DNA from: Pseudomonadota bacterium
Lineage (GTDB): Bacteria; Bdellovibrionota_G; JALEGL01; DATDPG01
Assembly (NCBI GenBank): GCA_043809315.1
Contig: JAZDDX010000038.1
Coordinates: forward strand, 14,159-78,158
Length of the DNA stretch: 64,000 bases
Reading direction: 5' to 3'
A program made the translations under genes and the position numbers. The notes under the pieces are model-generated. The model was not told the DNA's origin and did not search any database. It was given only the letters and a program-made list of their open reading frames with translations. This document shows, piece by piece, positions 44,466 through 54,330 of this stretch (the first letter of the stretch is position 1; the number at the start of each line of letters is the position of its first letter).

Positions 44466-46703
44466 CTACGGGATCTGACTTAAGCAGGGAAGGTCCGAGC
44501 GCGTGAACGACGTCAGGTATTTGGCGACCTGTCCGGCGAGCGTGGCGTTGACCGGAGAGAGTTGCAGGACATCGTTGAGTTCGAAACGCCGGTCCTGGTC
44601 GTAATCCGGGCGGTTATTGGCGGTTGGGTCACCGCAGAACGTGAACATCGAGGTTGAGCCGTACGGGTCCGGCCCTCCATAGGCACCGGTCTCGGCTGTA
44701 CAAGCGACCGCCGTTCCCGGTTTGAGGGTCGAGCAACGGTTCAATGCGGTTCCGCCCCCCGTCTTGGCCGGATTCGGCGTGGCGTGAAGAACGTAGGAGA
44801 CCGCCTGATCCCAGGCACTGCCGTTGTACGCCGTTCCGGTATCGGTCAGACCGTTCGTCCAGGAATAGGAGCAACGATATTCCGGCACGCCCTGCCGTGT
44901 GTCGTACGGAGCGTTACCGAACGTGAAGTTATACTGCAGATCGATTCGTGCGGCGGCCGGCAGAGGTGCTGTGCAGGAGGAGGAATCCCAAGCACTGCTG
45001 ACCCCGAAATCCCCCCCTTCGAAGATGTTGTCGGTGACGTACGCCCCCTCCCCCCAGGTGTACGAATAGATGTGCGCGACGAGAAGCTTGGCGTTCACGC
45101 CGGTCTTCACCATCTTGATCGAATTGTTGTGGATCAGGTTCTTGGTGCCGCTCCCCTCGCCGAGGAAGATCGCGGCGACCGGGATCCACCCGGTCGGTGA
45201 TCCTGAGACCTCACCCGCATCGACATAGATGATGTTATTCCGGACGACGGAGCGGGTCGATTGACGGCGGATCACGACGGCGTCGGAGTTGCTGTTCCCG
45301 CGCAGGACACCGTACAGAAAGTTCCTCTCGATGAGGCTTCCGCCGCCGCTGTCGACTTCGATCAGGTGATACGGCGCGGTGGTTCGGTTGGTGTGCGTGA
45401 TCGTGTTGCCGCGGATGACGGAGTAGGAGCCGCTCAGGACGTTCACGTACGAGTAGCCATCCGCCGTGGCGTTGGTGAAGTCGATGTTGTTGAACGTGTT
45501 CCCCTCGATCACGAACCCTTCATTGTAGCTCGCCGCCGAGGCGATTCCGTTCAGATAGACCGCGCTCTTGTTGACGGGCCACCCCGGCCCGGTCCCCGCA
45601 ATCGATCCGGTGAACCGGTTGTTCCGGATCACGATGCCGTAGGAGACCCCTTCCCCCGCAATCAAGTGCGGCGGGGTAACGGGAAGGGATCCGGCCCTCG
45701 TCCACGGGCCGCCGTTCTGGAGCGTCATCTTCTCGATGATCCAGTACGAGAGCCCCTCACCCAGGCCGAGAACCGCCTTTCCTCCGCCGTCGAGGATCAC
45801 CTCCCCCGGTCCGCCACCGCTAAGAACGATCGGAACCCCCAAAACACCGCTTCCGCAGGTCGACGGCGTGATCGCCACCGTGGAGGAGAGATTGTACGTA
45901 CCGGGTTGGATCACAATGACATCCCCCGGCACGAAGTGATTCTGGCAGAGATTCGCGAGCGAGGTCGCGTCGCTGATTTGAATTGTTCGGGCCCCGGCGA
46001 GGCCGGTCCAGACGGTGAGGAGGAGGCCCCAGATCCAAGCCGGCCCTCCGAGGCCCGAAGCTTTTCTTCGCAGGAGAAGAAGTCCGACTCCCGCGAACAG
46101 AAACCAGAAGAATGAGGTCGAGGCTAGATTCTGAGCGGCGGCACAACCCCCCAAGGCTGCGCCCGTGCGGTCCGTGGAGGCGTCTCCCGATCCGGGGTTG
46201 TTCGGATCGTTCGGATCCGGTGTCGGCGCGGTGACCGTTACGAGCGGCACCGGCGTCGGGACGTTCACGCTGACCGGCGCAGAGGTAGAGGTGGCGATGA
46301 TCCAACCGGTCGAGCCGAACATCTCGAGGATGTTCGGTTCGATCGTCACGCTGGAAGCTTTTGCCGGGGAGGCGACGGCATAGGTCACGCGCGCCAGCTC
46401 GTGGCCGGTTCCGCTCAAGCCTCCGGCGTTCGCCCAAACGATCCGGTTCGTTCCCGGCGCCCCGAAGAAGGGGGAGGCGGAAGCCGTACCTTGGGCCACG
46501 CTGACGACATGGAGAGCGGTGCTCGGATTGACGGTCATTTCAAGATAGGCTCCGGTCAGCGAGCCCAGGTCGAGATCGGCGATCACGGAGACCGTGAACT
46601 GGTCGTATCCGTTCAAGGTTCCGATGGGGACGTTCGTCAGACGGATCCCGGAGGCGAAGACGGCCGGAGCGAGGAAAACGATCAGGAGGGCGAGCCTATT
46701 CAT
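44466..46703 (-). CDS. Secreted right-handed parallel beta-helix repeat protein with N-terminal Ig-like region and an internal sorting-signal-like hydrophobic segment
   Basis: Signal peptide MNRLALLIVFLAPAVFASG and beta-helix repeats (NNIIYVDAGEVSG..., IHNNSIKMV). The start overlaps the upstream gene's end by 8 nt. Confidence 0.6.
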   Translation of the reverse strand: MNRLALLIVFLAPAVFASGIRLTNVPIGTLNGYDQFTVSVIADLDLGSLTGAYLEMTVNPSTALHVVSVAQGTASASPFFGAPGTNRIVWANAGGLSGTGHELARVTYAVASPAKASSVTIEPNILEMFGSTGWIIATSTSAPVSVNVPTPVPLVTVTAPTPDPNDPNNPGSGDASTDRTGAALGGCAAAQNLASTSFFWFLFAGVGLLLLRRKASGLGGPAWIWGLLLTVWTGLAGARTIQISDATSLANLCQNHFVPGDVIVIQPGTYNLSSTVAITPSTCGSGVLGVPIVLSGGGPGEVILDGGGKAVLGLGEGLSYWIIEKMTLQNGGPWTRAGSLPVTPPHLIAGEGVSYGIVIRNNRFTGSIAGTGPGWPVNKSAVYLNGIASAASYNEGFVIEGNTFNNIDFTNATADGYSYVNVLSGSYSVIRGNTITHTNRTTAPYHLIEVDSGGGSLIERNFLYGVLRGNSNSDAVVIRRQSTRSVVRNNIIYVDAGEVSGSPTGWIPVAAIFLGEGSGTKNLIHNNSIKMVKTGVNAKLLVAHIYSYTWGEGAYVTDNIFEGGDFGVSSAWDSSSCTAPLPAAARIDLQYNFTFGNAPYDTRQGVPEYRCSYSWTNGLTDTGTAYNGSAWDQAVSYVLHATPNPAKTGGGTALNRCSTLKPGTAVACTAETGAYGGPDPYGSTSMFTFCGDPTANNRPDYDQDRRFELNDVLQLSPVNATLAGQVAKYLTSFTRSDLPCLSQIP

Positions 46704-48345
46704 ACCGTTTGAACCTCGTGTCCTCGTCCGGTTTGACTTCGATCGTGTGGCCGGGGGGGACGATCTGTCCGCTCCCCAGGTATTGGAACTCCAGGCAGCC
46801 GGTGCGGAGAATTCCGTGATCCTCGTTGGTGGCATCGCGTGAGGCTTCGAGAATGTCGACGCAGACATTGTTGACGCCGGCCCGTCCGTCCGCCCCGGTC
46901 AGCGTCTGACCGAGGGAGATGTTGGAGACCGTGAAGCTGTAACACTGCCGGTGATCGTTGGTCAGGCCGGCGTCCTTGATGTCGTACTCGTAGGCCGTCG
47001 TCGGCCGGTTCGCCGGGTCAGTGGTCATCGGGAGCGTGTGCTGGATCACTTCGTCCCGGTTGTTCACGCCGTCCATGTCGGTGTCGATCAGGCTGTCGTC
47101 CACGTTCGGGCTCGTTCCCGCCGAAAACTCCATCCCGTCGGCTAACCCGTCCAGGTCCGAGTCGAACGAATACTCCTTCGTTCCCAGGAGGATCTCCTCG
47201 CAGTCGAGCAGGCCGTCCCCGTCCGCGTCCCCCTGTTTGTCCACCTCGCAGACACTGTCCCCTCTCACCAGGGGATCGGCGCCGATCGTGAGTTCCACGA
47301 AATCGTTCACGAGATCGCCATCGGTGTCCGGATTCCTGGGATCGATCCCCAACTCGACCTCCTGGTCGTCCGTGAGGCCGTCCCCGTCGCTGTCCAGAGA
47401 GATGGTTCCGTCCGCTTTGGCCACGACATTCTTGTTTCGAACGACCAGCGACTTGAGCAGGAAGGAGCGGACGAACGAGGCGAAGTCGAACGAGCGGAAC
47501 GTGACCTGACTTCCCGGGGTTCCGTCGAACTGGGCGAAAACGCCGTCGCCGATCTGGGCGAGATCGAGCATCAACTGTTGGGCGTCCTGGATCCGGGTGT
47601 TGGTCATGCTCGGATCACCGGTCATGAACGACGTGTTCACCGTGACATCGCCGAGATGGTACAGACGCTGGAGTTCTTTGATGTCCCGCGCCACCTGCTT
47701 GATGTCTCCGGGGAGTTCGTCGACCGCGATGCCGAGATTCGTGTCTCTCTGTTGTGGGAAGCCGTCGGAGAAGAGAATCACGACGTAGCGCAACCGGACC
47801 CGTTTGGCCGGCTCCACCTTCAGAAGATCCTGGAGAATCTGGCGCTTGGCCTCCTCCAAGGCGTTCTTCATCGGCGTTAAACCGACCGGGTTCTGCATCA
47901 GCCGGAAATAGCTGTCGCCCGATCCCTGGACGAACCCGTTGGTCGGGTGGGCCGGATCGTTTGTCGAGGCATTGGCCGGGAACTGGATCAGGGACAAGTA
48001 ATAGTTTTCGCTGTTTTGGTACCGCTCCCAGATGTCCCGCACCGCTCGTTGCCGCTGGTTCGTGCAGTCGACGCAGACGAAGTCGACCGGCTTCTTGGTG
48101 ACGCCGTCCGAATAGTAATCGGGATCGGTCTGATTCAGGGAGTCGGAGTTGTCCACGACGAAGAGGATCTTTACGGGGAAGTCGAGTTCGGTGGGGCTCG
48201 TCGTGCAGAACGACCCGGTGAATTCGACTTTGTTATCCTGGATCATCCGGTCGTTCTTGAGCTCTTTGAGCTGAGCATTGCTGCAGGCGACCGCAAGCGC
48301 GGAGAAAGCGACCGGTAAAACTACTCGCAGGTTCAGACGTCGCAT
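46696..48345 (-). CDS. VWA-domain lipoprotein with thrombospondin type-3-like calcium-binding repeats
   Basis: Lipobox LAVACSNAQ, MIDAS motif ILFVVDNSDSL and TSP3-like repeats DSDGDGLTDDQE, DTDGDLVND, DADGDGLLDCEE. Confidence 0.7.
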   Translation of the reverse strand: MRRLNLRVVLPVAFSALAVACSNAQLKELKNDRMIQDNKVEFTGSFCTTSPTELDFPVKILFVVDNSDSLNQTDPDYYSDGVTKKPVDFVCVDCTNQRQRAVRDIWERYQNSENYYLSLIQFPANASTNDPAHPTNGFVQGSGDSYFRLMQNPVGLTPMKNALEEAKRQILQDLLKVEPAKRVRLRYVVILFSDGFPQQRDTNLGIAVDELPGDIKQVARDIKELQRLYHLGDVTVNTSFMTGDPSMTNTRIQDAQQLMLDLAQIGDGVFAQFDGTPGSQVTFRSFDFASFVRSFLLKSLVVRNKNVVAKADGTISLDSDGDGLTDDQEVELGIDPRNPDTDGDLVNDFVELTIGADPLVRGDSVCEVDKQGDADGDGLLDCEEILLGTKEYSFDSDLDGLADGMEFSAGTSPNVDDSLIDTDMDGVNNRDEVIQHTLPMTTDPANRPTTAYEYDIKDAGLTNDHRQCYSFTVSNISLGQTLTGADGRAGVNNVCVDILEASRDATNEDHGILRTGCLEFQYLGSGQIVPPGHTIEVKPDEDTRFKRYE

Positions 48346-49940
48346 CAGAGCACCTCCCCGTCCAGCTCCGCTTTCAGACCGTCCGCGGGCTCTTTGTGAC
48401 CGGACCCGAGATAGCGGGCTTTGAAAACCTGCCGGTGCCAAGTCCCCAGATCCTCGGGAACGTCGCTCGGCGTCGTGCTGAAAAAGAGATGGATCTTGTT
48501 CTCCCCTTGCAGGAGCTCCAGCGCCGGGACCGGAAGAGTGATCCCGAGAGTGATGTTCTCGACCTTGTAGTCGAAGCATTCGCGCTGATCGAGCGTCATG
48601 CGGCGATTCGAAAACGTATATTTGTAGGCGTACGCGTTCCGTCCGGCGCCGTCCGCTTTGAACGGGTTGGTGTGTTCCGCGACCTCCTTGAGATTCGGGA
48701 CTCCGTCCCCGTCCGGATCCCCCTGGGCATCATCCCGGAGAGGATCGGTGCCGGCCCACAGTTCGATCCCGTCGGTCATTCCGTCCCCGTCGGTGTCGGG
48801 AAGTTCCCGGTTCGTCTTGAGGATATCCTCGTCGCAGTCGCTCAGCCCGTCCTTGTCGCTGTCGATCCCCGGCGTTAGGCAGCCGCAGTCGACCACCTTC
48901 GGGTCGAACCCGGCGATCCGCTCCGCCTTGTCGCTGCATCCGTCGTGATCGGAATCGGGATCCCGGGGGTTCAAGCCGGTCGATGCCTCTTCGTCATCGG
49001 GGATTCCGTCGCCGTCGCTGTCGAGTTGGGCGCCGTCCGGTTCGTTGTGGACGTGGTTGTCGGTGACGAAGAACGTCTTGAACCGTTCCACCGCGGCGAT
49101 CGAGGTCTGGATGAACTGGAGGAAGTTGAGTTGCGAAGCATTGGGGGCATTGACGTAATTGCCGTTTCCGCGCGCGGCGATCTGCGCAAGCAGATCGGTG
49201 GCGATGTTGTAGTCGTTGCTTCCGGTCGCCATCACCCCCTGGAGGAAGACGGAATGGATCCGGATCGAGCCGGCCCCGCCGTTCGCCGGATCCAGGAGGG
49301 ACATCACCTCCCCGACGCGGAGAAGGATGTTGACCGGCATCTCCTCCGGCTTGTCGATCACCGGCGGGTTCTGCCCGTCGGTATTCGGGATTCCGTCGGA
49401 GAAGAAGATGATCTCGTAACTCGTCCGCCGCGCGGTCCGGGGATCGAGATCCAGAAGATCGGCCCGGATCAGGTTGTACGCCTCCACGAACGCGGAATAC
49501 ATGTCGGTCGTGTTCTGCCCCTCGACCAACTGGCGCAGACAAGCGTTCATGTCCCCTTGAATGAACCAGGGTGCGGAGAGAGGGCAACGCCAAACGTTGG
49601 TGTTGAAATAGATGAAGCTGAACGAGTAGGCGGGGTCGGTCTGGAATGCTTGGACCACCGCGCGTGCCGCCCGCTGGCGATTGCTGACTCCGTCGACGGT
49701 CGGATCGTTCTCGGCGTTCAAGCTCCCCGATTGATCCATGATGAACAGGATCTTCTTCGGAAGGATCGTCGTCCCCGGCTTTGCCGTGCAGGCGGTCCCC
49801 TCGACGCTCATCCGGCTGTTCTCGAGAAGGGTCAGGTTCTCATTGACGAAGGGAACCAGCTCGGGGGAGCTGCAGGAGGAGAGAAACAGGAGTGCCACGG
49901 CATGCAACAGGAACACTCCTCTGTTTTCTCTCCCCCTCAC
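48345..49940 (-). CDS. VWA-domain lipoprotein with TSP3-like repeats (paralogue of 46696-48345)
   Basis: Lipobox LFLSSCSS, MIDAS ILFIMDQSGSL and repeats DSDGDGIPDDEE, DSDHDGCSDK, DTDGDGMTDGIE, DPDGDGVPN. Confidence 0.7.
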   Translation of the reverse strand: MRGRENRGVFLLHAVALLFLSSCSSPELVPFVNENLTLLENSRMSVEGTACTAKPGTTILPKKILFIMDQSGSLNAENDPTVDGVSNRQRAARAVVQAFQTDPAYSFSFIYFNTNVWRCPLSAPWFIQGDMNACLRQLVEGQNTTDMYSAFVEAYNLIRADLLDLDPRTARRTSYEIIFFSDGIPNTDGQNPPVIDKPEEMPVNILLRVGEVMSLLDPANGGAGSIRIHSVFLQGVMATGSNDYNIATDLLAQIAARGNGNYVNAPNASQLNFLQFIQTSIAAVERFKTFFVTDNHVHNEPDGAQLDSDGDGIPDDEEASTGLNPRDPDSDHDGCSDKAERIAGFDPKVVDCGCLTPGIDSDKDGLSDCDEDILKTNRELPDTDGDGMTDGIELWAGTDPLRDDAQGDPDGDGVPNLKEVAEHTNPFKADGAGRNAYAYKYTFSNRRMTLDQRECFDYKVENITLGITLPVPALELLQGENKIHLFFSTTPSDVPEDLGTWHRQVFKARYLGSGHKEPADGLKAELDGEVL

Positions 49941-49965
49941 CTTTGGTCCCCTCGTCGTCCGACGA

Positions 49966-51150
49966 TTACCGTTCTCTCCGGATCATCCCGATCGCCAAGA
50001 GCAGAAGTACGGCCATCGTGGCTGCGCTTCCGCCGGTGGTGGCACACCCCCCCGCCGACGCTTTCGCGGCGGAGAAGTCGATGTCCAGCGTGCTCACCGA
50101 CTCCGTCGTGTCGGGGAAGAGCGAATCGCCGTCCACGAGCGTCGACTTGACCAGCAGCTTGTGGATCCCCGTCGACGCGGCCTGGATCTTCGTGATCGAG
50201 GTCCCGAAGACCGGCAGGCTCGCGACAACGCCGGTATGCCCACCGACGTAATCGACAGCCGGGCTGACCGTGCTCTCGAACCGGATCGGGCCGCTCCGAT
50301 TGCAGAAGAGGAGGACGCCGTTCGGCTCCCCGGCTTTCGGCGTGTTGTGGTCCAGCCAGGTGTAGCACTTGAAGGCGAGCGTCGGATCCAGACAGCTCTC
50401 CAGGACCGGCCCATGGTCATCGAACTCCCAGACGAAACAGTTCCGGGAGCTGCAGGCGTCGCCGATCTGGTCCCGGTCGGTATCTTTCTGGTCGACGTTG
50501 ACGATGGTAGGACAATTGTCTCGGTTGTTCCCGATCCCGTCCCCGTCGGTGTCAGCGTCACACTCGTCCCCGATCCCGTCTCCGTCCACGTCGTGCTGGA
50601 GCGGATTGGCGATTTCCGGACAGATGTCTTTGTCGTCGGAAATCTTGTCGCCGTCCGTGTCCAAGCCGGCGTATTTCGACCGGTCCGGGTCGCACGCGTC
50701 GGCGATCCCGTCGCTGTCCATGTCGTGCTGGCTCGGGTTGTAGACGGTCGGACAGTTGTCCGATCCGTTCGCGATTCCGTCTTCATCGATATCGGGGTCG
50801 CAGGCATCGCCGATCCCGTCCACGTCGATGTCGGATTGGTCGGGGTTCGCCGTGCCCGAACAGTTGTCGCAGGCGCTACCGATCCCGTCCCCATCCGTGT
50901 CCTCTTGCGCCTGGTTCCGGAAGTACGGGCAGTTGTCGTTCCGATCGGCGATCCCGTCGAGGTCGATGTCGTCCTCGGGGAAGATGATCGGATCGTCGTC
51001 GGAGGCGCCACCGCCCCCGCCGCCTCCGGCACCGATCGGCGGGTTTCCGCACGGTCCGATGCACTCTTGGGCCGCAAAGGTGGCTTGGGTCGCCCACAAG
51101 GTCAACCCGGTGAAAATGGCGAGAAGGACTAGACATTTGGTTTTGTTCAT
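49966..51150 (-). CDS. Secreted thrombospondin type-3 repeat protein with C-terminal MYXO-CTERM/GlyGly-CTERM-type sorting signal
   Basis: Signal peptide and a Gly7 run, then at least eight DxDxDGxxDxxDNCP TSP3 repeats. The C-terminus is SAGGCATTGGSAATMAVLLLLAIGMIRRER. Confidence 0.7.
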   Translation of the reverse strand: MNKTKCLVLLAIFTGLTLWATQATFAAQECIGPCGNPPIGAGGGGGGGASDDDPIIFPEDDIDLDGIADRNDNCPYFRNQAQEDTDGDGIGSACDNCSGTANPDQSDIDVDGIGDACDPDIDEDGIANGSDNCPTVYNPSQHDMDSDGIADACDPDRSKYAGLDTDGDKISDDKDICPEIANPLQHDVDGDGIGDECDADTDGDGIGNNRDNCPTIVNVDQKDTDRDQIGDACSSRNCFVWEFDDHGPVLESCLDPTLAFKCYTWLDHNTPKAGEPNGVLLFCNRSGPIRFESTVSPAVDYVGGHTGVVASLPVFGTSITKIQAASTGIHKLLVKSTLVDGDSLFPDTTESVSTLDIDFSAAKASAGGCATTGGSAATMAVLLLLAIGMIRRER

Positions 51151-51160
51151 ATGACCCCCT

Positions 51161-53041
51161 TTAGAAGGTGGCGTTCTTGAACACGAATGGATACGAAACT
51201 AGGACGATGCCGCCGTCCCGCGGTTTCGGGAATTTCCAATCTCGGACTTCGCCAACGAGACACCTGTGAACGTTCGCGTTTTTCAACGTCGATGACCCGA
51301 TCCCGGTCGCGGTCACCAGACCAACGGAGGAGATGGACCATTTCAACACGACCTGGCCCCCGAGTTCCGGGTCGTCGAGCAAACTCTTTTCATAGCAGTA
51401 GCGGATCGCCGAAAGGTTCTCCTGAACGACCCGTGCGATCTCCTCCCTCGTCAAGCCTCCTTGGATCGAGACCGAGAGAGGGGGCGGATTGATGTCCACG
51501 ACATAGCCACTGACCTGACGGTCTTGCTTCGTGCCGACGCTCGCGTTGCCGAAGCCGTCCCCCTTGGGAGTTCCGCCGGCGAGTGCTTTGCTGGAGCTCA
51601 CGCTCGCGAGACGCACCTCCTTGCCCGGCATCGCCTTCAAGAGATTCCCGACCCGGAAGGTTTGAACTCCGCCGGCCGCCCGTACGGCGTCGAGATTCGA
51701 GGCGGCTGCGACGAGTCCCCGGGTCGACATCTTCGTCGGGGAGAAGAGACCGGTTCCGCCCAGTTTGCCAAGGGCGCCCACCTGCGAGAGGTCCGCGATC
51801 TTTCCCTCGGTCGGGCCGGCCCGGCGGGGGGAGGCCACTTGCTTCGCGACTTTGGTCGGGGCTTTCCGGGTCTCTTTCTTGGGTTTCTCTTTCGGCTCTT
51901 CGCGTTTGACCACCTTCTCCTCGACCGGCTCCGTGACCGCCGGTTTCTTGAGATCCTGAAGAGCGACATCCACGAACTTTTCGAGCTCGGCGCTCGGAAG
52001 CCGGGCCGCCCGGACGTCGGTGATCGGGGAGCTGAAGATGCTCAGAATCCCCACGACCACGATGTGAATCCAGGTGGCGGCGCCAAAGATGTTGACGGTC
52101 GTTTTGTCCACTTCCGTCTTCTGATGGCGGATCCGTAACGTTTCCGGGGTGTCGGGGTGGATCAGGTATTCGATCCCGTCGTAACGGACGACCAATGTTT
52201 CCGAAGTGAGAGGAAGCCATGAGGTCCGGCGTGATGGGCGGGATTCCGGTGCCACGGGGGAGAACTGATTGAAATCGGGGCCGGCGGCGACGTCGAGTTC
52301 GGGAATCGCCGCGACCTCCACCTTCCGGTCCCGGGTGATGCGCAGGATCGGCTTCCGGCCGTTCACTTCGCGCAACTGCCGGCCGGAGGTAAGCCAGGTC
52401 ACTTCGTGAATCAACTCCCCGCGGAGGCGGGTTACCTTGAACGCGACCGCGGCATGCGAGCGAGAAGCCTTGAGCGCCTGTTCGAAGACCCTCTCCCTCA
52501 CCGAATAAGCGGGGACCTGGTCCTCGGCGTCTTCCTCCTCGTCGTCGGACGGAAGCGGCAGGGTTTCCGACGAAACCTCCACGGCGGGCGGTTCCGGGTC
52601 GGCGACGACCTCTTCCGGCTTAAGCTCGTCGCCATGCTGGAGCACCTTCTCGATCTGGTCCCAATCCGGAATGGATTGGGCCTCTCGGTGCGTCGGTTCC
52701 TCGGCGGTCGGAAGAGAGGCTGCCGCATGAAATTCTTTTCCGTTGAGTGAGGGCCGGAACACCGTTCCGTTGATCGCGAACTCCTGCTCCTGCTTCAGGA
52801 TCGCCCGGTCCACAATCTGCCGGTCGACTCGGATCCCGGACGGGCGGGCCAAGGCGATGATCTCGAATTCATTCTCACGCGCGATCAGGATCGCGTGGCT
52901 GCGGTCGCCCGACGGATCCTCGATGACGAGGTCGTTTTCCGGCGCCTTCCCGATTCGGACGGTCCCGAGCTGGAACGACGCGAAATTCTCCGACCCGTCC
53001 TTGTGTCGCATGCGGATGATGATGTGGGGGGTTTCGGTCAT
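51161..53041 (-). CDS. FHA-domain / single-TM / Lys-Pro-rich linker / TonB-C-like (AgmX/PglI-type) C-terminal domain protein
   Basis: N-terminal FHA (FQLGTVRIGKAPENDLVIEDPSGDRSHAILI), a TM helix (IFGAATWIHIVVVGILSIF), a KPKKE-rich linker and a C-terminal GGIVLVSYPFVF end. Confidence 0.7.
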   Translation of the reverse strand: MTETPHIIIRMRHKDGSENFASFQLGTVRIGKAPENDLVIEDPSGDRSHAILIARENEFEIIALARPSGIRVDRQIVDRAILKQEQEFAINGTVFRPSLNGKEFHAAASLPTAEEPTHREAQSIPDWDQIEKVLQHGDELKPEEVVADPEPPAVEVSSETLPLPSDDEEEDAEDQVPAYSVRERVFEQALKASRSHAAVAFKVTRLRGELIHEVTWLTSGRQLREVNGRKPILRITRDRKVEVAAIPELDVAAGPDFNQFSPVAPESRPSRRTSWLPLTSETLVVRYDGIEYLIHPDTPETLRIRHQKTEVDKTTVNIFGAATWIHIVVVGILSIFSSPITDVRAARLPSAELEKFVDVALQDLKKPAVTEPVEEKVVKREEPKEKPKKETRKAPTKVAKQVASPRRAGPTEGKIADLSQVGALGKLGGTGLFSPTKMSTRGLVAAASNLDAVRAAGGVQTFRVGNLLKAMPGKEVRLASVSSSKALAGGTPKGDGFGNASVGTKQDRQVSGYVVDINPPPLSVSIQGGLTREEIARVVQENLSAIRYCYEKSLLDDPELGGQVVLKWSISSVGLVTATGIGSSTLKNANVHRCLVGEVRDWKFPKPRDGGIVLVSYPFVFKNATF

Positions 53042-53048
53042 CGCGTCC

Positions 53049-53282
53049 TTACTTGAACATCGTCTCCAGGATTTCCTTGCGATAGTCCTTCCGCTGCGTC
53101 GTCAGGTCCTTCTGGGTGAGACTCCCCCGGTCGAAGACGTAGACGGCGTCCGCCTTCTTCGTCTGGCCATGCACGACCAGCTCATCGAAATTCACGCGGG
53201 TCTTCCTGCCAGTCTCCGCCAGCGCGCTCCAAGGGAGAAACGCCGCAATCAACGCCAGGAGAACGATTCGTCGCGCGTTCAT
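53049..53282 (-). CDS. Small secreted/periplasmic hypothetical protein
   Basis: Signal peptide MNARRIVLLALIAAFLPWSALAE. ATGA overlap with the upstream exbD. Confidence 0.45.
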   Translation of the reverse strand: MNARRIVLLALIAAFLPWSALAETGRKTRVNFDELVVHGQTKKADAVYVFDRGSLTQKDLTTQRKDYRKEILETMFK

Positions 53283-53788
53283 ACTTCCCTCCGGAAAACC
53301 GCCAGGCGACATTTGGGGTAGCCGGCCATGCCGGCCGATTTGAGGACCATGTCGATCAGGCGGTACGGCGTCCGCTTGTCCGCCTGCAGGAGGACGATCG
53401 TGTCCTCTTCCTTGAGCGTGATCCCCGCTTTCTTCACGCGGAACGCCGTGATCGCCTTGTGGCGTCGGAGTTCCTCGTACAGCGGCTGGATCCTGTTTCC
53501 CTGGACCTTGGTGTTCACGATCCGTCCGTCTCGGATCGTCGCGACCACCTTGTCGTCGATCGAGATCGAATCCAGGCTGATGATGATCCCCGGCGCTTCC
53601 CGGAAGCGGACCTGCGAGCTCGAGTACGGAAGCTCGAGCTCCTTTTGGAGCTTGAGCGTCTGCTCGTCCGGAACCATATGATAGAGCAGGAAGACGAGGA
53701 TGATCGTGAACATGTCCATCATGGACGTGAGCATGACCTTCGCTTCCGGAGCCCGCCGGACCGAGCCGCCAAAACCGCGCCCGAGCAT
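53279..53788 (-). CDS. Biopolymer transport protein ExbD/TolR
   Basis: Single N-terminal TM (MMDMFTIILVFLLY) plus a periplasmic ExbD fold. Confidence 0.8.
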   Translation of the reverse strand: MLGRGFGGSVRRAPEAKVMLTSMMDMFTIILVFLLYHMVPDEQTLKLQKELELPYSSSQVRFREAPGIIISLDSISIDDKVVATIRDGRIVNTKVQGNRIQPLYEELRRHKAITAFRVKKAGITLKEEDTIVLLQADKRTPYRLIDMVLKSAGMAGYPKCRLAVFRREV

Positions 53789-54330
53789 CAGCCGTTCTCC
53801 TTCACGAGGCTCGAGAGAACCACCTCGGGGTAAAGGGTTTTCCGCTCCGCGGCGCCGGTCGGAAGAACCTGCGTGTCCGGAAGCCAGCGGGTGGCGTCCA
53901 TCGTGGTGACGATCTCCTCGTACGGGATCTCGTTGTCCGGGACGAGGATGACCGTCTTCCCGCGCGGAAAACGGTTTTTGACCATGGTGAGCGCCTGGGT
54001 CAGGCCCTTCGTGTCGAAACTGCCGCCCCGTTTCGGGATGTTGTTCCGGACGGAGGCGACTTCGGCTGCCGTGACGTTATCGCCGTTCCCCATGATGTGG
54101 TACCCCTGGTCGTCCATCTGGAGGATCACGTTCATCACCTTCTCCGACTGATCCGGCCCGACCGGCGCCTCGTCCGAGATCGTCGGGACCGAGGCGTTGA
54201 TGATGCTGATCTGGTAGAACGCGGTGCACATCAGAAGGAACGGGATCATCGCCACGAACAGGTTCATGACGGGGGTGAGGTTCACTTCCGCATCCGGGGA
54301 GGCGCGTCCCTTGAGGTTGCCGAAAAGCAC
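53788..54330 (-). CDS. Biopolymer transport protein ExbD/TolR (second paralogue)
   Basis: NLTPVMNLFVAMIPFLLMC TM, then an ExbD periplasmic domain. Confidence 0.8.
   Translation of the reverse strand: MLFGNLKGRASPDAEVNLTPVMNLFVAMIPFLLMCTAFYQISIINASVPTISDEAPVGPDQSEKVMNVILQMDDQGYHIMGNGDNVTAAEVASVRNNIPKRGGSFDTKGLTQALTMVKNRFPRGKTVILVPDNEIPYEEIVTTMDATRWLPDTQVLPTGAAERKTLYPEVVLSSLVKENG

Noticed and set aside
49738-51132. 464-aa plus-strand ORF, with neighbours 48945-50150 and 50369-51154
   Set aside because: These are antisense or alternate-frame to the TSP3/VWA genes. They mirror the repetitive Asp-rich coding repeats.
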